A stretch of DNA of 32,000 nt from the NCBI GenBank assembly GCA_049318985.1, contig JBMOEI010000031.1, positions 2,417 through 34,416 on the forward strand, written 5' to 3'. Made by a program: the position numbers and the translations under genes. Source of the DNA: Desulfuromonadaceae bacterium (GTDB taxonomy: Bacteria; Desulfobacterota; Desulfuromonadia; Geobacterales; Pseudopelobacteraceae). Numbering within the stretch: the first letter of the stretch is position 1; the number at the start of each line of letters is the position of its first letter. Below, one piece after another: positions 7,181 to 14,512 of this stretch. The notes under the pieces are model-generated. The model was not told the DNA's origin, did no database searches, and saw only the letters and a list, made by a program, of their open reading frames with translations.

Positions 7181-7218
7181 CACAATAATCTAGCAGTGGC
7201 AAGACACAATAATCTAGC
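7181..7218. repeat. Two direct copies of CACAATAATCTAGC, 24 bp apart centre to centre
   Basis: Exact 14-mers at 7181..7194 and 7205..7218, in the AT-rich gap between the plus-strand terminator and the convergent hipA end. Confidence 0.6.
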
Positions 7219-7284
7219 TGGCGCATGAAATGTTCATGATGCCGTACTGATTAAGAGTGGGCTCTGACACTCTTGGTAGCGTGC

Positions 7285-8532
7285 TTACGCAATCTTTCGC
7301 AAGGTTTTTTCTGCCTGTTCCCCCACCAATTGCATCAAGCGGTACAAGGCATCACATTTATAGGGGGAGAATCCTCCCTTGAAGAGCTGCAAGCGGTTGT
7401 CCTCAATCTTCTTTGCAAGATCGGCAACACGGGTCAGCACCAACCGTGGCTTGATGCCGATCTCCTCGGCAAACTGTTCCCAATGCTTTTTCTGGATTGC
7501 GTTAGGATCACTCTCGCCACCAATCTTCATAGCCAGACCTTCCGCTAACCCGTAATGGGCGTAAATCCTCGTCGAAAGCAGATCGTAGAATGGGGCCAGC
7601 ATCGGTCCTTCCGGCAACAGTAATAGAGAGATGTTCTTGCCATGCGCATCGGAGTTGCCAATCAGGTAATTGAAGATCACCCAGTTCAAAAGCGACAGCA
7701 CATCCTTGCCGGACCTGATGCTGGCAGTGCGAACCAAATTGAAGCATGCTGCCAGAGACGGTCCACCTTCGGATTCATACTTGTATTCAGGTGGGATATG
7801 GAGCGCCTGGCAGAAATCTTCCTGATGCAACCGCCTGGTATCATCGCCGACAATCACGCGATCAAAGCGCTTGACGATGAATACACGTGTTTCCCCATGT
7901 TGATGGATGAATGATCGAGGTACATCCAGGCCAACCGAGTTAGCCAGGGCCATGCAGAATGCTTCGTTTTCCACCGTGCCATCCAGGTTCTCGATGGCTG
8001 GTTTGATGATGTAATTGGAAGGAGCGGTGCCATATCCCAGATGAAATTGTTGCTCATCATAAAAGATCGGCAGCTTTTTCTGGGCACCGGCCAGTGAGAG
8101 CCGTATCCCTTTCTCCCCTGCCAGAAGTGGCCGTTGCGGGAGTTCACTGATAATAGTGTTGAGTTCATCCAGCGTGAGCTGGCGATAGGTGCCGGGTTCG
8201 CGTTTCGGTTCTCCGGTCTCAGGATAGAGTGAAACCGCACCGGCGCAATCACCGCCGATCCGCTCCAGGAGCCCATAGTCGTTATTGAGGGAAACACCAA
8301 GATTCCGGGCAATCACGGCACGGATTTTTTCTTCAGGAAGGAGGTTGGCGAAAAAGGGATGTGACTCATCGTCGGAATAGGGGGCGGCACGTAAGGGCAA
8401 CGAGAGGGACAATGGGATTCTCGACTGCTCCAGCCACTCCTTGTCGTACTGGAAGCAGAAGTGCTTCTTCTCATCAAACCAGAGCCGCCCCACAACATCT
8501 TCATCTATACTGACAAGCAGGCCGATAGTCAT
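7285..8532 (-). CDS. hipA: HipA-family serine/threonine kinase toxin (type II TA)
   Basis: ORF-track 7285..8592, trimmed to MTIGLLVSIDEDVVGRLWFD (ATG 8532), which overlaps the hipB stop as ATGA. Motifs: N-terminal coupling domain, GGDCAGAVSL, SLAGAQKK (P-loop-like), and catalytic loop NSDAHGKNISLL. Confidence 0.9.
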   Translation of the reverse strand: MTIGLLVSIDEDVVGRLWFDEKKHFCFQYDKEWLEQSRIPLSLSLPLRAAPYSDDESHPFFANLLPEEKIRAVIARNLGVSLNNDYGLLERIGGDCAGAVSLYPETGEPKREPGTYRQLTLDELNTIISELPQRPLLAGEKGIRLSLAGAQKKLPIFYDEQQFHLGYGTAPSNYIIKPAIENLDGTVENEAFCMALANSVGLDVPRSFIHQHGETRVFIVKRFDRVIVGDDTRRLHQEDFCQALHIPPEYKYESEGGPSLAACFNLVRTASIRSGKDVLSLLNWVIFNYLIGNSDAHGKNISLLLLPEGPMLAPFYDLLSTRIYAHYGLAEGLAMKIGGESDPNAIQKKHWEQFAEEIGIKPRLVLTRVADLAKKIEDNRLQLFKGGFSPYKCDALYRLMQLVGEQAEKTLRKIA

Positions 8533-8765
8533 GATTCGTCTCCTGGAGTTGCCCACGTACGGATACTCGCATCCAGCTCGATTCCGAGGCACTTGATGAC
8601 CTGCAGTACCTTGTTCAGGCGCACGGTCTCCTTGCCGTTTTCCAGAGCAGACAGAAAGGCATAACTTACGCCACAGACTGCAGCCGCATCTTCCAGGGTG
8701 AGGCCATCGTCTTTACGTTTCTGTTTGATGAGCCGTCCAATGTCTATTGCACTTGTAATCTTCAT
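8529..8765 (-). CDS. hipB: HipB-like XRE-family HTH antitoxin
   Basis: IGRLIKQKRKDDGLTLEDAAAVCGVSYAFLSALENGKETVRL is a Cro/C1-type HTH. There is a 4-nt overlap with hipA. Confidence 0.85.
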   Translation of the reverse strand: MKITSAIDIGRLIKQKRKDDGLTLEDAAAVCGVSYAFLSALENGKETVRLNKVLQVIKCLGIELDASIRTWATPGDES

Positions 8766-8790
8766 TTCAAAACCCTCTCCATAATATATG

Positions 8791-8845
8791 CGTTCGTATA
8801 TTTATAGCAGTTAGAATGAGACATTAACAGCAAAATATACGATCG
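8791..8845. promoter_or_regulatory. Candidate hipBA operator: inverted 13-mers CGTTCGTATATTT / AAATATACGATCG
   Basis: Arms at 8791..8803 and 8833..8845 (1 mismatch) lie 26-80 nt upstream of the hipB start. Each arm also sits within a local palindrome (AATATA-N8-TATATT; TACGATCGTA). Confidence 0.35.
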
Positions 8846-8966
8846 TAGATATGGAGACGCTATAAGCCAGCGGAACGGAAAATTATCTGCGTTTATAGAT
8901 GAGAGTACGGAGTATGAGGATTGAGTCAACTTGGTGGCGTAATCTGAAAGTGCAGCCATAAATTCA

Positions 8967-9404
8967 TCAGTGTACTTCAACCTGCTTAGCGGTACACATC
9001 CGGGTAGATATTTCACAGGGATGATCAGGCTGATCACGCCACCATTGCTTGTCTACGACAGAAGAGCAACCCCCATCTTCCAATAGCCCCTTGCGCCCAC
9101 TCTGATCGCACACGAGCACAACAGCATGACCGTTAACCCCTTGCGCTTTTAAGAGATATCCCACAAATGGCTCTTTCAGTCGTGGATCATGGCTGGTTGA
9201 AAAATCTACCAACTCCATATCCTTCATTTCTGCCGGTGCTTCCTTGAACAGCACTTTCTCTTCCACTGCTGTAGTCAATTTAGTAAGGGCAGAAGCCAGT
9301 GAGTACATTTCTTCTTTATCCGCAACGTTGTAATGGGCGCACCCGGAGCTGAAGATCAGCAGGGAAAACAGTATCAGCCGCACACCGATGTTGAATTTTT
9401 TCAT
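8967..9404 (-). CDS. Lipoprotein (145 aa)
   Basis: ORF-track 8967..9461, trimmed to MKKFNIGVRLILFSLLIFSSGCAHY, a signal peptide plus lipobox (FSSGC). The start is 3 nt after the stop of the upstream PLC-like gene. Confidence 0.7.
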   Translation of the reverse strand: MKKFNIGVRLILFSLLIFSSGCAHYNVADKEEMYSLASALTKLTTAVEEKVLFKEAPAEMKDMELVDFSTSHDPRLKEPFVGYLLKAQGVNGHAVVLVCDQSGRKGLLEDGGCSSVVDKQWWRDQPDHPCEISTRMCTAKQVEVH

Positions 9405-9406
9405 TA

Positions 9407-10336
9407 TTACCCCCAGAAAATGAGATTGTTTGCCTGATCCCTGCCGGTATCTAAATTCCACTCACCGAAACGCGCCAGAATTGTGTCGTTGCCGTTGAAT
9501 GTCCCACGCGCTATATCCGCCCATACTGTTGCTACATTGTCCACTGCCTCAGTGTAAATATCTGTATAACTCATGGTTCCGTTGGGAATCTTGAGGCCTT
9601 CAATATACTGTTTGTCTATCTGCCCGGGCAAAGGATAGACCATTCCTGAATCTGCTGCGAGATGTCGGGCAAAAGGAAATAGATGATTTCCTGCTGATGA
9701 TATTGTATCTACAATCTCATTGAACCGCTCATGCCACTTGTGAATGTCAGGAGGATTAGCGGCAAAAATATCCGGGTGGACAGCTTTCATCAAAGCACTC
9801 CAGAACGAGATAATGTCAGCATCCAGCTTATCGTCATCATCCGGTGCAGAGCATGCGCCAATACCTGATGCTAGATGGTCTGACACTCCAACCCCTCCAA
9901 GATCAAGCCTCTGGAAGATAAAGGCATCCTGGTGCATTTCACATACCCTGTGTTTCGTTTTATTCTCTTCATACGTGCCGACCTTGAGTTCGATTACCGG
10001 ATGAACCGTCATGTCTGCGGTAACATGCGAGGAGTACCCCAGCAGCCACGCCAGACATTTGTACTTCTTCTCTCCATCAATGGCTCGAAGCAACTTTGAG
10101 CCTTCCCGGACCATCGCTCCCGTGTGGGTGTAGTGCATCAGATCAGACCATTTTGCGGCATCGCTGTCATCTACAGCCAGGTACGGATAGTCAGGGCTTA
10201 CAGCTCCCAGTTCTGCAAACTTGAACCAGCGCAGGAATGCTTTTGATGCTTCTTTCGGAAAGTCAGGAATGGCAAGAAGCTTATCGGTGTTCCTGAATTC
10301 ATTAACTACCGATATATGCGCGTATGCTCCAGGCAT
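9407..10336 (-). CDS. Zinc-dependent phospholipase C-like family protein (no signal peptide)
   Basis: His/Asp pattern typical of the Zn-PLC/P1-nuclease-like superfamily: N-terminal MPGAYAHISV, GAVSPDYPY, LMHYTHTG, GYSSHVTADMTVHPVI, CEMHQDAF. The call comes from motif recall only. Confidence 0.55.
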   Translation of the reverse strand: MPGAYAHISVVNEFRNTDKLLAIPDFPKEASKAFLRWFKFAELGAVSPDYPYLAVDDSDAAKWSDLMHYTHTGAMVREGSKLLRAIDGEKKYKCLAWLLGYSSHVTADMTVHPVIELKVGTYEENKTKHRVCEMHQDAFIFQRLDLGGVGVSDHLASGIGACSAPDDDDKLDADIISFWSALMKAVHPDIFAANPPDIHKWHERFNEIVDTISSAGNHLFPFARHLAADSGMVYPLPGQIDKQYIEGLKIPNGTMSYTDIYTEAVDNVATVWADIARGTFNGNDTILARFGEWNLDTGRDQANNLIFWG

Positions 10337-10353
10337 AGTTTCCCCTTATCAAC

Positions 10354-10373
10354 AAAATTTGCCAGCAAATTTT
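10354..10373. promoter_or_regulatory. 20-bp palindrome AAAATTTGC-CA-GCAAATTTT just upstream of the PLC-like gene
   Basis: Perfect 9-bp arms starting 18 nt upstream of the start codon at 10336. Confidence 0.35.
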
Positions 10374-10483
10374 CCGGTGATATTGATATTTGCAGCCACA
10401 TCAATTCCCGCCCAAAGGTTAGCATGCGGCCACGACACATGAATGACCATCGACATCCACACCACCGAAAAAAACTTCAGACC

Positions 10484-10660
10484 TCACGGCGACAAGCGAG
10501 AGCTTTTGACCTTATTCTCGCGATCAATGAGCCGTTGCGCCCATTCTTTCGCCCCTTGATATCGTTCCAGTTGTGTCGCACTTGGCAGTTGACCGCTGGT
10601 CATGGCACTGGATGCCTCCAGTAATTCCTGGAGCGATGCCAGCAGATCCTCATTACTCAT
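10484..10660 (-). CDS. Small hypothetical helical protein (58 aa)
   Basis: ORF-track 10484..10675. I prefer ATG 10660 (MSNEDLLASLQELLEASS...) with GGAGG 8 nt upstream. Confidence 0.45.
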   Translation of the reverse strand: MSNEDLLASLQELLEASSAMTSGQLPSATQLERYQGAKEWAQRLIDRENKVKSSRLSP

Positions 10661-10789
10661 TACAGAAACCTCCATTTGTTGTTATCCTTCAGCCTTGATT
10701 CTGCTTGCCACATCCTGAAAGAAATCGTGCGAACGGTATCGGTTGTAGCAGATACCCTTTTCCATGAGAGTCCGGCTGATGCAGAATAT

Positions 10790-11065
10790 TCACTTGTTAA
10801 TTGCATCCCTAAGCAGATTGCTCGGCTTGAACGTCAATATCCGCCTCGCTTCAATGGTGAGCGCCTCACCTGTCTGCGGATTACGACCACGGCGGTCAGC
10901 CTTCTGTTTAACGATAAAATTGCCAAAGCCGGATATTTTAAGATTCTCACCGGATTCGAGCGTGCTTTTCATAATGGCAAAAACTGCTTCTACCATCTCG
11001 GCTGATTCTTTGCGTGTCATGCCGATGCTTTCCTGAACCTTTTCAAATATGTCTGCTTTAGTCAT
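10790..11065 (-). CDS. HU/IHF-family DNA-bending protein (IHF-alpha-like)
   Basis: ISGFGNFIVKQKADRRGRNPQTGEALTIEARRILTFKPSNLL is the classic HU/IHF beta-arm signature (GFG-F...R-x-G-R-N-P-x-T-G). RBS AAGGAGGAAG. Confidence 0.9.
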   Translation of the reverse strand: MTKADIFEKVQESIGMTRKESAEMVEAVFAIMKSTLESGENLKISGFGNFIVKQKADRRGRNPQTGEALTIEARRILTFKPSNLLRDAINK

Positions 11066-11112
11066 GATTCCTGCTTCCTCCTTGAAAATTTATCATACTG
11101 AGAATGTACGCG

Positions 11113-11328
11113 TCATACTGTTCCAAACCGCTGCTTCAACTGCTCAATGGTATGATTCCATTTGTGTGTCTTCGGGCGGGTAACCGTATTCTGGTTGCCG
11201 AAAAATCCTACCTCTGAGACGGCCTCGTTTGTCGGCTTTGTGCAAATCCATTCGACTGGCACAAAATATTCGGACTTTTCTTCGTCGTCGTTGAATTGGC
11301 GATGATAATTGGACTGTGCGACATCCAA
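11113..11328 (-). CDS. Hypothetical small protein (71 aa), possibly a C-terminal remnant
   Basis: ORF-track entry directly downstream of hsdS. No convincing RBS seen and no recognised motif. Confidence 0.3.
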   Translation of the reverse strand: MDVAQSNYHRQFNDDEEKSEYFVPVEWICTKPTNEAVSEVGFFGNQNTVTRPKTHKWNHTIEQLKQRFGTV

Positions 11329-11353
11329 CAGAGATCGTTCGACTCCGTCAAAA

Positions 11354-12544
11354 TCAAATCAGGTCTCCACGAAATGCTTTATCCAGAATCGACGGCACCA
11401 TGGCATCCAGTTCGGTGGCAGTTTCGGTCTGGAGGCGTTTGAGGGAGTCAATCTTGGCTTGGAGGTTGTCCAGGTGGGTGACGATGTTGTGCTGTTCTTC
11501 AATTGACGGTAGCATAATGGGAAACTTTCTTATGGCTCCGATATTGAGATGAGGTGATGCTGAACCTTTAGAGAGCGGAACTATCTGATCTTGCTGAATA
11601 ATCGGCGAGAGCCATTGGTACAAAAGGAATTGCGGTAGAATTTTCCGGGAATCAGGGCGAACTTGCATAACTCTTTGCCCTAAGCTCATTTTATGACCTT
11701 CTTCAACAATGCCGGCTTTTCCGGTTCCTCCACCTTCTCGAACGATGATAATGTCTCCTGGTACAAGTTCTCCCCTCCGAGTTCGACGAAGGTACTCATC
11801 TTCACTTGTTCTCAAAGCTGTTTCGGGAAAAAGTTTGCCCCATCCTATATCCGGAGATCGGAGTGTTGGAATTCCCGAATCGGAATATATCGCGTTCGAG
11901 TGTAAACAATCGATTATGTCAGTGCAAAGCGATGCAAGCACTGCACTCCCATTATATTTCGACATAGAGAACAAGTTGCGGGACGTGCTGTGTAACAGCG
12001 CCTCCGTCTCCTCCACCGCATGCCGTCTGAGCCCCCGCGCCTCCTTAATCTTCGCCGTCAGCTCTTCAATCCGCGCAACAATGCACCGTTGTTCGGCCAG
12101 CGGTGGGAGGGATATTTCCATGGCAAGAAACTTCTCTTCTTTGAGGCGTACCCTGTTAGTTGTACCTTCACTGGCTGCCTTACAAAGTTCAACAAATCCT
12201 GATGTCTTGCTTAACCACTCTAGGAACTTCGGTGTAAGCCTTTCCTGATTCAAATCGAATGCCGGAAAATCATTACTGACAACCGCTCCATCAAGCATTT
12301 CAGGGACAAGACCAAAAGCACCGTTGCGGGCATCAATCCGCGAAAGTATGAACTGGCCTTGCCGGACAATGGCTCGCCGTGATGCCGTCATCTCTGTGCC
12401 AGAGACCTCACGGCGTAGCACAACACCCTTGCCCCAGAGTTTGATCGTCACTTCCCGATAAAAGGCATTTGGGTCAATAGAAACCAATTCCTCAGACTTC
12501 TTCAGCACCTCTCCAAGCGCCACCAGCGGCCACGCGCCACTCAT
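11354..12544 (-). CDS. hsdS: Type I restriction-modification specificity subunit HsdS
   Basis: Two target-recognition halves are separated by the conserved helical spacers LPPLAEQRCIVARIEELTAKIKEA and LPSIEEQHNIVTHLDNLQAKIDSL. The ATG overlaps the upstream stop (ATGA at 12541..12544). Confidence 0.9.
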   Translation of the reverse strand: MSGAWPLVALGEVLKKSEELVSIDPNAFYREVTIKLWGKGVVLRREVSGTEMTASRRAIVRQGQFILSRIDARNGAFGLVPEMLDGAVVSNDFPAFDLNQERLTPKFLEWLSKTSGFVELCKAASEGTTNRVRLKEEKFLAMEISLPPLAEQRCIVARIEELTAKIKEARGLRRHAVEETEALLHSTSRNLFSMSKYNGSAVLASLCTDIIDCLHSNAIYSDSGIPTLRSPDIGWGKLFPETALRTSEDEYLRRTRRGELVPGDIIIVREGGGTGKAGIVEEGHKMSLGQRVMQVRPDSRKILPQFLLYQWLSPIIQQDQIVPLSKGSASPHLNIGAIRKFPIMLPSIEEQHNIVTHLDNLQAKIDSLKRLQTETATELDAMVPSILDKAFRGDLI

Positions 12545-13380
12545 ACGCCCGTCATCCTGAGAAGTTCCGAGACGAAACCAACGACATCCGCCTGCATCTC
12601 CGCGTCCTCGGCCCCGGAGGCAAAAAGCGCCACCCGCATCGGTCCGAGTGCTCTTTCGTCAAGAAAATCCTCGCGAAGAATAGCGACAGCACGACGACCA
12701 GGGGCGGTTTCAATCAGGTGGCTAAAAAAAGCAGCGACGTCTTCCGTGCCGCTACCATAGTTTCTCGTCATGTAGTAAAGATCGTAGGCATCTTTGAATT
12801 TCCCGCGATTGCGGAACGCCAGCGCCTTCAGGATGACAAACGCACCTGGATTACACACGGGGATTTCACGCGATGCGGTTTCACCAAAAAGGGTCGTCCC
12901 GTCAAGCCTGACTCTAATCCGCTCACTAAATGCGATTTCAAGCCCCTCGATAATAAAAGCGGCCAGGCCCTTTTCGAGTGATTGTAATTTCCCTGGGACT
13001 GCCTCTTCATTGATCGGCGGAATAAGAAATTCTATTTTTGCTGACGGATTTCGCGTATGGGTCCAGCGCTGACGGACTTCATTCCCTTTATTACTGATGT
13101 CAGGGGTAAAACCCGAATCCCTCAAACGCTCCGCGATACCCTCGTACCGATGATCATCAAGAATTGCCAGATCAAGTCCAAGATCAAGATCCATCGTACC
13201 TACATGCGGTTCGGCTCCGATTGGGAGTGCTGTCGGAGGGATGAGGAGGCTGGGCACCAATCCTCCGACAACAACCAGATCATCCATATAATCGCCGAGT
13301 ATGGTCGCTGCCGTAAGGGTGGCGGCACGGATCAAGTCAGTCTGTTCGGGGGTATAGTCGGCGGCAGTGTGAAACGTCAT
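12541..13380 (-). CDS. AbiEii/AbiGii-family nucleotidyltransferase toxin-like protein (DUF1814-like)
   Basis: NTase-like VVVGGLVPSLL...HVGTMDLDLGLDL motif, size ~280 aa, paired with an upstream wHTH protein and overlapping it by 4 nt (13377..13380). Confidence 0.6.
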   Translation of the reverse strand: MTFHTAADYTPEQTDLIRAATLTAATILGDYMDDLVVVGGLVPSLLIPPTALPIGAEPHVGTMDLDLGLDLAILDDHRYEGIAERLRDSGFTPDISNKGNEVRQRWTHTRNPSAKIEFLIPPINEEAVPGKLQSLEKGLAAFIIEGLEIAFSERIRVRLDGTTLFGETASREIPVCNPGAFVILKALAFRNRGKFKDAYDLYYMTRNYGSGTEDVAAFFSHLIETAPGRRAVAILREDFLDERALGPMRVALFASGAEDAEMQADVVGFVSELLRMTGV

Positions 13381-14429
13381 GGGAACTCCAGATTTTTCCG
13401 CAACTCGGTAGCTGCTTCTTTAGCCCGTTCCGGGAGGGATTTCAGGTCAAGCCAGACCTGGATGCGATGAACACAAGGAATGTCGGCAACGGGTTGTATG
13501 CCGTAAAAGAGATCGGGGTCTTTCGGAATGATCAGCCAAACATTGGCTCCGGAGGTGTTTTCCCGGAAGCCGATCTGTTCCAGGATATGCTTGTCCGGCC
13601 ACTCTTTCAGATACATGGTAACAGTGCGAAACGCGGCAAACCTGGAATACAACCATGCAGCCCCCAGCCCGGTGGCGGCATGATCAACAGACAGACTTTT
13701 CAAGGTGCTGCTGATTTTCCCTTGAATCTCTTCCCCGGATCGTCCGGCCACATGGCCGCGCAGTATCTCATGCTTTGTGAAATCGTACCCTTGCTGCCAC
13801 GCATCCAGCATTACTTCTGACTTGGCGACAATGAGTTTCCCCTGATTGTCACGGGAGATAAGCTGCTGGGCTTCAAGTGATTTAACGATCCGGCTGACAA
13901 ATCCTTCCCCCAGACCTGTTTCGTCTGCCAGCTCCCGTTGCGTCCAGGCACGGTTTGTTTGATACAGCATGTGTCGGGCAATTCGCGAACTTTTCGGGGC
14001 AAAGGGATTTTCATTGCGCCCGGGGGAGATGAACTTGTTCTTTTCGCCACGGACGAAGAGACGGAGGCCGGGAGCGGTAATATCGGCATTGCCCGAGAGA
14101 TCCAGCCAGGAAACACCGGCCTCGGCGCACTTACCAATCCCGGTTTCTCCCATGAATGGTGTAACCAGCAGTCGAATATCGGAAGGTTTGGCGGGGTAGC
14201 GTATCAAATGCTCAATGCCGGCGGCAACAGAGCCAATCAGGGGTGATGACTTGTACTCAACTACGAACCGGAATCCACCTGCCTCCATAACAAGGTCTGG
14301 CCGGTATCTTTCGCTTTGCGGAGTACCTGTAAGAGGCTCGTAGTCAACCCTGTCGGCGCTAACACCGATGAGCTTCTCCAGCCGGTCTACCACCTGTTTC
14401 AACGCATTTTTCTCATGTTCAATCTTCAT
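13377..14429 (-). CDS. AbiEi-like antitoxin/transcriptional regulator with N-terminal PD-(D/E)xK-like module
   Basis: Central winged-HTH SRIARHMLYQTNRAWTQRELADETGLGEGFVSRIVKSLEAQQLI. N-terminal RPDLVMEAGGFRFVVEYKSS resembles a D...E-x-K nuclease-fold core. Genomic pairing with an AbiEii-like NTase. Confidence 0.5.
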   Translation of the reverse strand: MKIEHEKNALKQVVDRLEKLIGVSADRVDYEPLTGTPQSERYRPDLVMEAGGFRFVVEYKSSPLIGSVAAGIEHLIRYPAKPSDIRLLVTPFMGETGIGKCAEAGVSWLDLSGNADITAPGLRLFVRGEKNKFISPGRNENPFAPKSSRIARHMLYQTNRAWTQRELADETGLGEGFVSRIVKSLEAQQLISRDNQGKLIVAKSEVMLDAWQQGYDFTKHEILRGHVAGRSGEEIQGKISSTLKSLSVDHAATGLGAAWLYSRFAAFRTVTMYLKEWPDKHILEQIGFRENTSGANVWLIIPKDPDLFYGIQPVADIPCVHRIQVWLDLKSLPERAKEAATELRKNLEFP

Positions 14430-14430
14430 G

Positions 14431-14466
14431 CTTTACTTTTTACCACTACTTTACTTATTTGTAAAG
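14431..14466. promoter_or_regulatory. CTTTAC / CTTTAC / GTAAAG repeat set upstream of the AbiEi-like gene (candidate autoregulatory operator)
   Basis: CTTTAC at 14431..14436 and 14449..14454, with the inverted copy GTAAAG at 14461..14466, in the AT-rich 83-nt hsdM-abiEi gap. Confidence 0.3.
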
Positions 14467-14512
14467 GCGGTTATTTTAGTGAAGTGGCTGATCTTATTTT
14501 TGCATTTCCCTT

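Noticed and set aside
8762-9037. 91-aa minus-strand ORF spanning the hipB upstream region
   Set aside because: It overlaps the lipoprotein gene 3' end and the hipBA promoter/operator region, and has no RBS. It is probably spurious.
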